Source of the DNA: Octopus vulgaris
Taxonomy: Eukaryota
Length of the DNA stretch: 64,000 nucleotides
Assembly (NCBI GenBank): GCA_951406725.2
Contig: OX597826.1
Span: 77,686,001-77,750,000 of the forward strand
Direction of reading: 5' to 3'
In this document: piece after piece, positions 1 through 15,414 of the stretch
Position numbering within the stretch: the stretch's first letter is position 1
How the letters are laid out: each line of letters begins with the position of its first letter
Made by a program: the position numbers and the translations under genes
Notes under the pieces: generated by a model
Database searches by the model: none
What the model saw: only the letters and a program-made list of their open reading frames with translations
Told to the model about the DNA's origin: nothing

Positions 1-164
1 TTTTTTATTATTTCGCGTGCCATTTACAAAGTGCCGCAGACCCACTATGCGACCTTGGACATCAGAGCGGAAACGAAATTTCCTTAGGGTGTGTAAACCC
101 CTAGTACAACCCAAGATGTTCGTTTTCATTGTCCACACCCACCCTAACAATAACTTTTAGCGGG

Positions 165-490
165 TGCACTTGCATTCCCTGTTCCCGAGACTACGGTCTC
201 GGGTTCAGTCCCACAGCATGACACTGCAGGCAAGTGGGGGTCTCCTGTTATTATTGCACCGAGCCGACCGTAGTTTTGCGAGTGGATTTGGTAGAAGGAA
301 ACTGCACGGAAGCCTATCGTGTACGTGTCTTGACAGCCGGTGCTGGTTTGTTTGCGTTCCCGTAACTTAACGATTTGGTATAAAACAACGATAGACTTGA
401 AAAAAAAAAGCGCCGGTCTTGAAATAAAAGTATTGATTCTTTCAACTAAAACCCTTCAAAGCCTTTCCAATGACTAAAACAGGTAAAAAA
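165..490 (+). mobile_element. Degenerate tRNA-derived SINE, family B
   Basis: GGGTTCAGTCCCAC B-box-like segment, ggcaagtg, gagtggatttggtagaaggaaactg and a tail matching the fuller copies at 27502 and 32613. Confidence 0.7.
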
Positions 491-973
491 AAAATATTTC
501 GAAACCCTTCAAATAATGTAGGTAACGATTATATCGGAATTTAACGTAAGAGAAAAAAAAAAAATGATGGGCGTGGACACACACACACACACACACACGC
601 ATCGAATAATTCTTTTCAAAATCTCGACTTTCCCTTCTTAGATAGAACTACAATCATGTAAGCAATCCAAGCTATCGGCAGAATGAACTTTATGTTACTT
701 GTGGTGATTATTCTCGCCAAACAGCATTTGCCAGTCGTCGTTATTCGAATATTTGAAATATAGCGTCGTTAGTTACGTCTGCAGTAGGTCAATTACTGGT
801 TCACTACATTCGTGATGGAGGTCACGACAAGGAGGTAATGGGTAAGCTCTAACAGGACAAATATTGTACGAGGTATTTTTATTCCAAAACACCGGTTTAT
901 TGATTTCACACATCCACACAAACGTGTGTGTGCAGATACACGAGGGCAGCGGAGTGTATTTTGTGTGTGTATA

Positions 974-1166
974 GGTACTATTTAAGAAGAGTGGTCCCGG
1001 TGCGCGCACTCGCATAGTTGCGCATCCGCGCTAGCTAGTCGTGACTAGTCGATCCTTATTTTGTGTTTTCGTGTTTTCTTTACTTTGGTAGGTAGTCGTT
1101 ATAGGATCGACTAGTTACGACTAAGCGCGAGTGCGCGCACCGGGACCACTCTTCTTAAATAGTACC
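974..1166. mobile_element. 193-bp MITE, probably PIF/Harbinger-like
   Basis: Perfect 40-bp TIR ggtactatttaagaagagtggtcccggtgcgcgcactcgc, a second internal inverted pair, GG...CC termini and flanking ATA/ATA. Confidence 0.85.
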
Positions 1167-1530
1167 ATATATATATATATATATATATAAAATTTCATCT
1201 AGCATTATCAAATTGTCCCAGTAATTTATCGGTTTACTAAAACTTCTTTTTATCGATCTCGAAAGGATATAATTAAAATTAACCTCGGCAGAATTCGAAC
1301 TCAGAATGTAAAAGGTAACTAATAAATTTGGACCCACATTCTAACGGTTTTGCCAACCCATCACCATATAAAGGTATCTACCACAGACGTAACACTGCGT
1401 GCCCTTGCACAATTCCGTTCGCTAAATTCCACTCACAACGAAAGGTATTCGTCCGTCAGCCGAGATGGTTACCGAATTCTTCATAGGATGTTCCAAAGTC
1501 AACTTGAATTAACAATTCTTTAGGGTAGTT

Positions 1531-1564
<34 letters not shown>

Positions 1565-1679
1565 GCCTGTCTGACTGTCTACCTATCCTTTCTTTCGTTC
1601 TTTCACCCTAACTTCCTTTCTGTCGTTCTTCCTTCTGTATTGTACCTATTATGCAAAGGATCGGCATTGTGAACCTTTT

Positions 1680-1830
1680 CTATTCTACTCTCGGTACAGA
1701 GCCCGAAATTTTGGGGGAGGAGGCGGAGCCAGTCGATTAGATCGACCCCAGTACGCAAATTTATCCACCCCGAAAGGATGAAAGGCAAAATCGACCTCGG
1801 AGAAATTTGAACTCAACGTAATGACAGACA
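1680..1830 (-). mobile_element. tRNA-derived SINE family A, partial
   Basis: accccgaaaggatgaaaggcaaa...tcgacctcggagaaatttgaactca matches the other family A copies. Confidence 0.8.
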
Positions 1831-2164
1831 AACCTTGTCGACCCGACCTTTGCGTCATGTTGGTTCGACTAACTGGGTGTGTGTGTATAAGGGTGCGACC
1901 CGCAAACTGGCCCTGCTGCCATCTATAGGCTGTAGCTTGCATAATAGAACAGGTGCTTTTAAGGGCATATTCAAAACGTTTCCCATAAATGAACTTAAAG
2001 GATATTTGTATGTTTATGTATTTGGTGATTAGATAAGTGTTAATGCATGAAAATCTCAGTCCTTGAGTCACTCTGTTACTTCTGCTAAATATTAATATAT
2101 GTCCCAGTATTGATGTTATACATCGCCAGTCACAATGCACTTCTCACAGTTTCAGCTTTTGAAA

Positions 2165-2460
2165 GATGCCACCCTGCCTGGCTAGACGAGCAGTCCAACA
2201 TTCCCCCGACCGGGTGGTCATTCTGTCACAGGGTTCTCTCCGTTTACTACTGAGTGGACAGGAGCAGTGTGAAATGGAGTGTTTTGCTCAAGAATACTAT
2301 GTGATGTCCAGTCCAGGAATTGAACCAGCGATCTAGTAATTGTGAGTGCAACACATTAATCGCTAGGTCATGGGTTCAATTCCTGTAGCAGGCAGTGACT
2401 TGTATCTTTGATCAAAACACTCCATCTATGTTGCTCCAGTCCACTCAGCATCTTATTGCA
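2165..2460 (-). mobile_element. Degenerate SINE family C fragments
   Basis: tgagtggacaggagcagtgtgaaatggagtgttttgctcaag matches the copy at 50350-50680; an oppositely oriented piece follows at about 2370-2460. Confidence 0.6.
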
Positions 2461-2689
2461 GATGGACATATGCCTGCGTGTCCACGTGCGTATATACCTA
2501 TGCTGACACTATCAGCCTGCTGTGAGTGTATGCGTGTATGCATGGTTACGCAAATATGTATGCATATTTACTGTGAAGGTGTAATCAACCAACTTTAACT
2601 ATGACTGCTATATCCCGTCCCCTTGGCGGCGAGCTGGCAGACATGTCAGCGCACCAGGTGAAATGCTTAGCGGTATCAACATCTAATCA

Positions 2690-3285
2690 ACATCATGGTG
2701 TTTGGAGTGATCACTAGTGGTGCAACATTATGTCTCCATTCATCTTCCCACAAGACCTCAGACTCAACATGGAAGCCTACATCAAGTGCTTGGAGGAGGT
2801 AGTGCTACCCTGGATCAAGAGGGTGGCTGCTGGAAGACCCTATATCTGGCAACAGGACGCTGCGCCATGCCACACAAGCAGGAGAACCCAGTCATGGCTG
2901 TCAAGACAGTTTCTGAAACCACATCACCCCTAACATCTGACCACCTAACTCTCCAGACTGCAACCCTTTTGATTATTATGTGTGGGGGCACAGTTGAGTG
3001 GGAAACCAACAAAAGTCCTTGTAATACCAAAGATGAACTGGAGGCAAGGATTATGGCAGCATTCACCAACTTAAACAACAAGGAGACCATTCAGAAGAAT
3101 TTCAGGAGATTCTGAAGTCATCTGGAGGCTGTGGTTGAAGTGAATGGCAATTTTATTGAATAAATTTACTCTTTAGTATTTCAAGATATTTTTTATGTAA
3201 TTTTGCTAAATATATGTTGAAATGAGATGTCAGTGTTACTTTCATTTTTGCGTAATTTAGATGACAATTTATTCATCACACCCTG
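2690..3285 (+). mobile_element. Tc1/mariner DD37D (maT-type) transposon 3' relic with pseudogenised transposase
   Basis: YIWQQDAAPCHTSRRTQSWL, then after a frameshift ...PPNSPDCNPFDYYVWG; 37 codons between the 2nd and 3rd catalytic Asp; in-frame stops; ends CACCCTG followed by TA. Confidence 0.88.
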
Positions 3286-3342
3286 TATATAAGGTATGTA
3301 TGAAGGCATGTGGCAGGGGTTATGTGGCTTGGTATGTAAGAA

Positions 3343-3555
3343 ACGTTAGCACACCGGGCGAAATGCTTAGCGGTATTGCATCTGTCGTTGCGTTCTGAGT
3401 TCAAATTCCGCCGAGGTCGACTTTGCCTTTCATCCTTTCAGGGTCGATAAATTAAGTACCAGTTACGCACTGGGGTCGATGTAATCGACTTAATCCCTTT
3501 GTCTGTCCTTGTTTGTCCCCTCTATGTTTAGCTCCTTGTAGGTAATAAAGAAATA
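3343..3555 (+). mobile_element. tRNA-derived SINE family A with 12-bp TSD
   Basis: B box GAGTTCAAATTCC; central GCCTTTCATCCTTTCAGGGTCGATAAATTAAGTACCAG (resembles the MetaSINE domain, from recall); TSD ggtatgtaagaa at 3331-3342 and 3556-3567. Confidence 0.9.
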
Positions 3556-3574
3556 GGTATGTAAGAAGATCATT

Positions 3575-4300
3575 GGTAAAAACTGCATGTGTTGTAGTAC
3601 CCAGTGCAAGCTTTGGACACAACCGGTGCAGCAGTATCAAAGGAAAGTTAGCTGAGAAGATAGTCTTTGTGTGTGCTGAATGTGCAAGAACAGTAAGCAC
3701 TAAAAATATACAGACAACAGGCTCCCTCAAATGCTCAGGTAGAAGTATTAGAATTTTTCTGTTACCTAGGAGGCCAAATTAGCAGGGGTGGAGGTACTGG
3801 AAGTGTAGTTGCTAAGATAAGAACAGGCTGGGCAAAGTTCAGAGAGCTTCTACTTTTGTTAGTAACTAAGGGCCTTTTGCTCAGAGTGAAAGACAGAGTA
3901 TGTTTTTGTACCTGTGTATGTACAGCTATGATACATGGCAATGAAACATGGGCTTTGATGACAGAGGACTTGTGAAGGCTTGAAAGAAATGAAGCTAGCA
4001 TGCTCTGCTGGATGGGTAATGTCAGTGTGCATTCACGGCAGAGTGTAAATGAATTTAAGACGAAAACTGGGTATAAGAGGCATCAGATGTGTGGAAGGGA
4101 GAAGAGTGTGCTGGTTTGGTCATGAGATGTGTATGGATGAGGACAGCTTCATAAACAAGTGCCATGCTCTAATTGCAGAGGAAACCTGTGGAAGGGGTAG
4201 ACCCAGGAAGTAGTGAGAAAGGATCTTTGGGTACTGAGCCTCACTGAGGAAATAACAAGGGACCAGGAGATGAGGAAATTTGCTGTACTTGATAAGACAC
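3575..4300 (+). mobile_element. RTE-clade LINE, decayed 3' part of the ORF
   Basis: Fragments CYLG, IRTGWAKFRELL, MIHGNETW, RLERNEASML, WFGH and GRGRPRK, with stops and frameshifts. Confidence 0.88.
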
Positions 4301-4399
4301 GTCAAACTAAGCAAAATTGCTGTCTTCCACACTTCTCCTTTCAGGGACTGGTGCCACTTCAAAAGCATGCTTGCTGGTGCTGTGTTAACACACCCATGT

Positions 4400-4925
4400 C
4401 AGTGCTGCATAAATTCACCGATGCCAGTGGCACATGAGGAGCACCCAGCACATTCTGTGAGGTGGTTGACATTAGGAAGGGCATCTAGCCATAGAAACCA
4501 TGCCTCAACAGATAATCGGAGTTTGTACAGATCCACAGCTGACCAGTTCCATGTCAAACCATCCAACCCATGCCAGCATGGACAGTAGACATTAAATCAT
4601 CATCATCGTCGTCGTCGTCGTTTAGCATCCGCTTTCCATGCTGGCATGGGTTGGATGGTTTGACTGAGGACTGGGAAGCCAGAAGGCTACGCAGGGCACC
4701 AGTTTGATCTGGCAAGGTTTCTACAGCTGGAGGCCCTTCCTAATGCCAACCACTCCGAGAGTGTAGTGGGTGCTTTTTACATACCTTTCGCACAGGGGCT
4801 AGTCAGGCAGTACTGGCATCGACCACACCTGAACGGTGCTTTTTACGTGCCACCAATACAGAAGCTGGTCAGGTGGCACAGGCAATGACCATGCTTTTTA
4901 CATGCTACTGGCACAGGAGCCAGGA
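4400..4925. mobile_element. Two RTE-3'UTR-type repeats (family D), tail to tail
   Basis: + copy 4400-4600 (ttaggaagggcatctagcc...ccatccaacccatgccagcatgg) and - copy 4600-4925 (ccatgctggcatgggttggatgg...gcccttcctaatgccaaccac). Confidence 0.75.
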
Positions 4926-6120
4926 AATAGTAATAATAATAATAACAATAATAATAATAATAATAACAATAATAATAATAATTATTATAAGGAGAAGAAG
5001 AAGAAAAAAGAAGAGTGATATGTTTATCTGTTTAGCTGAACATGCTTAGGCCACTTAAAATAAACTGATTGTCAGTATGTTTTATTAAGAACAATGAGTT
5101 TGACAAAATGCTTTTTGTTTCAACAGGTGAATATACACACACACACATATATATAAATATATACATACATATATATACATATATATATATATATATACAT
5201 ATACAAATTTATATATATATATACATATACAAATTTATATATATATATACATTAATTTAGAGATAGTATACCCCTACTTCTCACCAAATAAAAAGAATTT
5301 TTATTTTTATTTTAAATACCTACTGTATATATGTATGTGTATATATAATATATATATATATATATACATACATATATGTATATATGCATATGTATATACA
5401 TGTGTGTTTATATGTATATATTTGCATATGTCTATGTAAATATATATATACGAAATACATAGGTACACACACACTCACATATATTCAGAATTACAATAGG
5501 AATATTTAAAACTGGAATAATAGAATATATTAAAATGGAAATGTTTCATGATTTTAATAAGATATGCCTCTGAGGAAATATGTTCCCTGTATTCAGAATT
5601 TTTCGTTCTATATATCGGTGGTGGCGGCGGTGGCAGTGGTGGTGGTGGTGGTAGTGGTGGTGTGGTGGTGGTGGTGGTGGTGGTATTGGCAGCAGTGATG
5701 CGGGTGGTGGTTTTATTCTCTTTTGCTGGGTTATGTGCTTGACTACATATAGCGGCTTAATCTTGTGAATATATTGATTTCAAACAATATCAAAGGAATC
5801 CAAAAAAAAAAAAAAAGGAAAATAGAAAGGTAAAATAAACTAAGTACAAAACAACATAGAGTACATCTTTATAAACTTCCTTTGAACGGCAATTTCAGTT
5901 TGTTTTTTGTTGGGTTTTTTTGTGTGTATGTATTTTGTTTCTTTAAATGTGTTCTGAATTTGATCTAAAATGATGTTACAGTTATTTAGGAATATTAATC
6001 TTAGCAGAAGTGTTTGATTGGTGACAGAAAGTATTCCGAGTCCTGTTTGCTTGACGGGGCTATTAGGATTTATTTCTGCAGATGTTACTAAGCTCTTTCG
6101 ATGACAAGACACGATAATCT

Positions 6121-6270
6121 ATTTCTATTTCTTAGCTACCCACAAGGGGCTAAACACAGAAGGGACAAACAAGGACAGACAAACGGATTAAGTCGATTAC
6201 ATCGAGCCCAGTGCATAACTGGTACTTAATTTATCGATCCCAAAAGGATGAAAGGCAAAGTCGACCTCGG
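6121..6270 (-). mobile_element. SINE family A, 5'-truncated
   Basis: Family A body and tail, flanked by the direct repeat gataatct. Confidence 0.85.
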
Positions 6271-6429
6271 ATAATCTGTTATGAATCAAAGGTATCTAAC
6301 CTCCAAGCTGAAAACTGGTACCAGGGGATCGTTTGGTACCAGGACACACGAAAAAGAATAAATTTTAAAATTATATTTCTATTTCATTGACCATCATGAT
6401 CTGCAGGGTGTCTTTGCATTATATATATG

Positions 6430-6476
<47 letters not shown>

Positions 6477-6703
6477 CACCATATTTTAACGACTATAAGG
6501 AACCCACTAATTTTGTGGGCTTAAAATTTGGAAAAAAAGGTTTTGTAAGGGATTATAATACTATCCATGTATAAGAAACTCCCGTATTTTTTTAACCTAA
6601 TTTTTGATGAAAAAGGGTTCTACAGTTCTGTATTTAAGGCATCATGTACATTACTTACATTATTTACATTTGACGGATATTTGTCCTCATCTTGTTTGTT
6701 GTT

Positions 6704-6749
6704 GACACAACGTTTCAGCTGATATACCCTCCAGCCTTCATCAGGTGTC
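6704..6749 (-). ncRNA. Minimal type I hammerhead ribozyme
   Basis: GACAC-CUGAUGA-A-GGCUG-GAGGGUAUAU-CAGCU-GAAACGUU-GUGUC: stem I GACAC/GUGUC, stem II GGCUG/CAGCU, palindromic ACGU in place of stem III. Confidence 0.85.
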
Positions 6750-6906
6750 TTGGGGAAATTTCGAACCTGGGTTCTCATTCCTAAGGTATTTTTCAATGTT
6801 GTTATTGTTATTATTATTATTCAGGTCACTGCCTGGAATCGAACTCGGAATCTTGGGGTTAGTAGCCTGCACTCTTAACCACTACACCATAATAATAATA
6901 ATAATC

Positions 6907-6939
<33 letters not shown>

Positions 6940-6986
6940 TTGAAAAATACCTTAGGAATGAGAACCCAGGTTCAAACTTTCTCCAA

Positions 6987-7032
6987 GACACCTGATGAAG
7001 ACTGGAGGGTATATCAGCTGAAACATTGTGTG
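6987..7032 (+). ncRNA. Hammerhead ribozyme motif, decayed copy in the inverted arm
   Basis: gacacCTGATGAagactggagggtatatcagctGAAAcattgtgt, with substitutions in stem II and in the ACGT palindrome. Confidence 0.65.
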
Positions 7033-7274
7033 TTAACAACAAACAAGATGAAGACAAATATCCATGAAATATAAATAATGTAAATAATTAAAAAGGGTTC
7101 CTTATACACATTAAAATACGGTATGCCACAAAACCTCCTAAAATTGGACACCAATATCTAAGCGTTGTCCAAGACTAATTAGGGTTAGGGTTAGGGTTAT
7201 GAAGGAAACCAAACAGTACCAAAGCATGCAATCTCCACAAACTATGAATCCACAAACACTTTCCATATGTATTC

Positions 7275-7895
7275 TTTTCTATTCTTTGCACAAGGCCCTA
7301 AATTTTGGGGGCGGGGTCCATTCGATTAGATCAACCCCAATGCGAAACTGGTACTTAATTTATCGACCCCAAAAGGAGGAAAGGCAAAGTTGACCTTGAT
7401 GGAATTTGAACTCAGAACATAAAGACAGACGGAATACCGCTAAGCATTTCGCCTGGCGTGCTAACATTTCTTTACTCTGGGGACAAAGCCCAAAATTTGG
7501 GGAGAAGGGACCTGTCAATTAGATCGACCCCAGTACACAACTGGTATTTAATTTTTTGACCTCGAAAGGATGAAAGGTAAAGTCGACCTCAGTGGAATTT
7601 GAACTCAGAAATACTGCTAAGCATTTCGCCTGGCTTACTAAAATTTCTGCTAGCTCGCCACATTGTTTTGAACTTAATCTTTTCTACTCTAGGCACAAGG
7701 CCTGAAATTTTGGGTGAGTGGGGGGCCGGTCAATTAGATCAACCCAGTATGCAGCTGGTACTTAATTTATCAACGCCAAAAGGACAAAAGGCACAGTTGA
7801 ACTCGGCAGAATTAAAACTCAGAATGTAAAGACAGCTGAAATACTGCTAAGCATTTTGCACATCATGCTAACATTTCTACCTGCGCACCACCTTA
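7275..7895 (-). mobile_element. Cluster of three tandem SINE family A copies
   Basis: Repeated ttagatcgaccccagt...aaaggatgaaaggcaaagtcgacc...gaatttgaactcagaa blocks. Confidence 0.85.
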
Positions 7896-8504
7896 CTCTC
7901 CATCTGTATCATATAAATGGAATATCTAAATTATATATTGTGTACATTATTGTGTTCTGTTCTGTATGTTATCCGTTTGTGGGAAAATTGTCTTTCATGA
8001 TGTTGCGTGGCAGTGCTAAACATTTGATATCGATCAATAGTATAAAAGTATAAAAGCAAATGGCACATAGAACTCCACAACATCTGATATTAGTCAATGG
8101 TATTTGCTAGTGTTCTAAGTATAGTAGTCATATCAGATGTCATATGGTGCCATAACATTTGATATCATTTAGTAGTATATGCTCTTACTTTGTTGTATAA
8201 TAATGATATCAAATAATGCAGAACTTTTTGCAAAGTGGTTAGCGTTATGAAGGGCATCTGGCTGTAGAAACCATGGCAAAGCAGACAGCAGCTCTTGGCA
8301 CAGTCTTCTGACTTGTTAGCCTCCATCCAAACCATCCAATCCATGCTGGCATGGGAACCCAACGTGAAAGGATGACGACGATGATGATAGTGATGACAGC
8401 AGTGGCAACAGCGATGGTGACCACAACAAAGACTCCATAAAATCTGAAATGATTCAGCAGTGTTTAATCAGCTGATGTTTAATTGTTCACATAAAAGTGA
8501 ATTC

Positions 8505-8684
8505 TTTTACTTGTTTCAGTCATTTGACTGTGGCCATGCTGGAGCACCACTTTTAGTCAAGCAAATCGATCCCTAGTACTTATTCTAACGGACTCTTTTG
8601 CAGAACAGGGACGTAAGCACACCAGCATCAGTTGTCAAGCGATGGTGGGGGGACAAACACACACACAGACACAGACACACACAC

Positions 8685-8719
<35 letters not shown>

Positions 8720-8875
8720 CGATGGGCTTCTTTCAGTTTCCGTCTACCAAATCTACTAACAAGGCTTTGATCAGCCTGAGGTTATAGTAGAAGACACTCG
8801 CCCAAGGTGCTGCACAGTAGGACTGAACCCGGAACCATGTGGTTCGTTAGCAAGCTACTTGCCACACAACCACAG
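8505..8875 (-). mobile_element. SINE family B
   Basis: Reverse complement of the head, ccttgggc, internal microsatellite and tail seen at 27502. Confidence 0.85.
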
Positions 8876-9919
8876 TTTATGAATTGCTCAGAAAGCTAAC
8901 AAGACACAGGAAATAGTTAACATTATTTGGTTGGATTCAATGAAAACATGGAAACTTGACAATTCCATATTTCTGAGATGAGGAATTTTTATATTCTGTA
9001 TGAGTCTGAATGGTGCCTTCATCTTGGTTGTTGCTTTCACTACATTCCAGTTGTTGTATACTCCAGCCTTCTTCAGGTGTCTTGTGGTTCACGATAATGC
9101 CTTACCTGAGATTGAATTCAGAATCTCTAGGTGACTGCACTGCATTAACCAACACCTTAAAATTGTATTAAAAGTACAGGTGTGATTAGAATGTCCAGGT
9201 ACTTACATGCTAATTCCATGATAACTGAATACTCATTGCTAAAGCCAGCAGGGCTCCATTGCCTGTTATTACACAGGATCCGGCTGTGGGGCTCATTAAT
9301 AAATGATACCACATAGTGTTAATGACTTGTGGGGGGCAAAGTTATTTTGTTATGCAACCATAATATATTGGGCCCATGAGAAAAACGAACCCTCACACCT
9401 GGGTCGTCCAAGCGCTTGCCAGTGTACCCAGCTGGAAACGAGTACTTAGCCCTTCTCAGGGCCACAGCACATGTCACGGCAGTGCTATAAACTAGGGAAA
9501 ACAATCCCACCTAAGGCGTATGAAAACAGACAGCAGGTGGTCATTTGGGAGTCATGACTCAGATGTGGTCTGACCCCCACCTCCCCCTTAGTGTTAAGAG
9601 TTAAGGACCGAAACACTTGCCTAAAGGTGGTTTGTCCTCTGAGGATCACCTGCTGTTATGCTCTCCCCGAGTTTCTTTCCACCTATATTAAAAATTTTTT
9701 ATAAGTCAGTACCATGTCCTTCTGTGTTAGCAGTGCACTGCCATAACAAATATCAGTGCTGGGTTTAATTTCTGTAGAATATCTGTAGAGACATCTTCAA
9801 CAAGTGGCCCCATAGTGTGTTCCTGACATTTCACTCAGTCACTCCACTCATGTCTAAAAGTGATGTCTTTTGCCTGAAGAGACAAAGAAGATTCGTTAAG
9901 GACTGGTGTGGTTCATTAA

Positions 9920-10325
9920 CCCTTTTGCATTCAGACTTCTTTTGTCAAACATAATCCTTATTAATTCACATTGTTTGGAATCAATCACAAATTATCTTGT
10001 AGCTTCAAGATTTCAAAGGATGTGATTGCTTATTTCTAGAATGACATTGTAGGGCAGGTGTGAGAGATTGGATCTGGCCAGTTTTAACATAAAATAGGGA
10101 GAATGTGGACCACAGAAACAATATTAACCCCTTAGAATTCAGATTTCTTTGTCAAATTTTATGCTTTTTTTAATTTATATTGTCTTGAATTAATCTTGAA
10201 TTAATCTCATAGCTTCAAGATTTCAAAGGATGTGATTGCTTATTTCTAGAATGACATTGTAGGGCAGGTGTGAGAGATTGGATCAGGCCAGTTTTAACAT
10301 AAAGCAGGGAGAATATTTGAGCCAG
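9920..10325. mobile_element. Two tandem truncated piggyBac-like MITE copies
   Basis: Each begins TTAA-CCC (9916, 10124); about 100 bp are nearly identical between them; the same family occurs inverted at 19711-19920. Confidence 0.7.
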
Positions 10326-10369
10326 TTATCATCATCATCATCATCATCATCATTATCATCATCATCGTC

Positions 10370-10610
10370 GTCGTCATTTAACGTCCGTTTTCCATGGTAG
10401 CATGGGTTGGATGGTTCGACTGGGGTCTGGGAAGCCAGGAGGCTGCACCAAGCTCCAGTCTGATATGGCAGAGTTTCTACAGCTGGATACCCTTCCTAAT
10501 GCCAACCACTCCATGATTGTAGTGGGTGCTTTTTACATGCCACCAGCACAGGGGCCAGAGGAGGCTGGCAACAGCCTCAATCGGTTGGTGCCTTTTACGT
10601 GTCACAACCA
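10370..10610 (-). mobile_element. Family D RTE-tail repeat
   Basis: tttaacgtccgttttccatg...agtttctacagctggatacccttcctaatgccaaccac preceded by a (CAT)n tail. Confidence 0.8.
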
Positions 10611-11359
10611 GATTAAATGCTAAAGACTTAAACTACACTCATTTCTGTCTGTGACAGCTTTTTGTTTTTTTAGTGCCAGACCACAAATACATAAAAGAAG
10701 GACTGGAATTGGTCCAGTGGTGCTTCTTTACTGTTTGCAGAATCTTCAGCATATTGGACACAATGGTAAGTGGCATTTCTTCTTGCAACTTTCATTCTGA
10801 GTTCAAAATCTGATGAGGGCAACTGTCTTTCATTCTTTTGGAGGGTCAATAAAAAAAAATACCAGTTAATTACTAAAACCAAGTTAATTGATTTGTCCCA
10901 CTGTCTAAAATATTGCTGGCTTTGTGCCAAAATTTTAACCCATTATATAAGGTGGTAAGATGGCAGAATAATTGCCACATCCAACAAAATGGTAAGTTCA
11001 GATTCTGCCAAGGACAATTTTGTCATTCCTCCTTTCAAGATCATTAGAATGTGTACCAGTAAAACGCTAGGGTCAATGTAATTGATTTGACCTCCTTCAT
11101 TGAAAATTGCTGACTCGATATCAAAATTTGAAAGGGTTTTGTCGTTCAAACTACAGTTGTTGTTATTGATGCTGTTGTTTGTCATGATGTTGTTGTTGTT
11201 GTTAACTAAATGTTGCTATATCCTGTTTTAATAGAAAAAAAGCAAACATTTGAAAGAGGTAAAAGAAATAGCAAAAATGGAAAACAACCTGGCGATGGGA
11301 CAAAGCTGGAAACGGAAGGAAGGATGCAAACTAAACAAAACAAAATAAATGTGTTCACA

Positions 11360-14760
<3,401 letters not shown>

Positions 14761-15414
14761 CCTTGATTATGAGTCACTATAGGAACCTTTATGCGAACTC
14801 TGTACCTGTAAGTTATAGCAGCCAAATCTCCCTCAAACCATATTCCCACTTGGCAAGAATTGGAAAAGTGCATTCAATAATTCTTTCCATCGTTCCCTGA
14901 GTCCTCGACTGCTGAAGAAATCCCATGGCACTTTGACGACATTTGGTGTGTCTTTGAGTATTTTTATATGAAGGGAAACCCAACCTTTGCCATTGAGTTT
15001 CTTCCAGATAAAACGAAAGACAACAAGAAAACAAGAGAGAAGGCTAGTCAGGCTCAGTTCTTAAACAGCATTTTACCAATCCCGAAAGGATAAAAGTCAA
15101 AGGTGACTTTAGCTGGGAGCTGGAATCGTCACCAGAAGACATCGTAACCAATGCTTTTAATGATTCCACAAATATTTGCCTATTTATTGGATAATGTATC
15201 CGTACATACTCTAGGTAGTGGATATCACATTCTCTGGTAAACAAGTGGAATTTTTCAGACCAAAATTTGCACCAAAAAAAGTTTGGTGAACTTATATATG
15301 AAGATGACTTCAAAAGACCAAAAGTTCCATGCGAAATGCACCAGGATTTGGTAAAATAGGGATGATCTTTGAATGTTTATGCTACATACTATGTTGACTT
15401 GCATTCCAGAAAAT

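Larger units (their letters stand above)
6621..7089 (-). mobile_element. Palindromic tRNA-headed, hammerhead-bearing non-autonomous element (Penelope-like), copy 1
   Basis: Inverted arms of about 200 bp; tRNA-like A/B boxes at 6823-6890 (-); 11-bp TSD aaaaagggttc at 6610-6620 and 7090-7100. Confidence 0.85.
6479..7121. mobile_element. Tc2/pogo-like MITE (CCGTA-type TIR) interrupted by the hammerhead element
   Basis: Left ccatattttaacgactataaggaaccc versus reverse complement of the right end ccgtattttaatgtgtataaggaaccc; TA after the right end. Confidence 0.75.

Noticed and set aside
6823-6890. tRNA gene
   Set aside because: A and B boxes are present but there is no convincing acceptor stem, and it is part of a repeated element with TSDs; the SINE heads were rejected for the same reason.
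14880-15090. Stop-free stretch PWHFDDIWCVFE...GNPTFAIEF resembling an RT YxDD region or an exon
   Set aside because: Motif spacing does not fit RT, there are no clear splice sites, and the opposite strand is also open.
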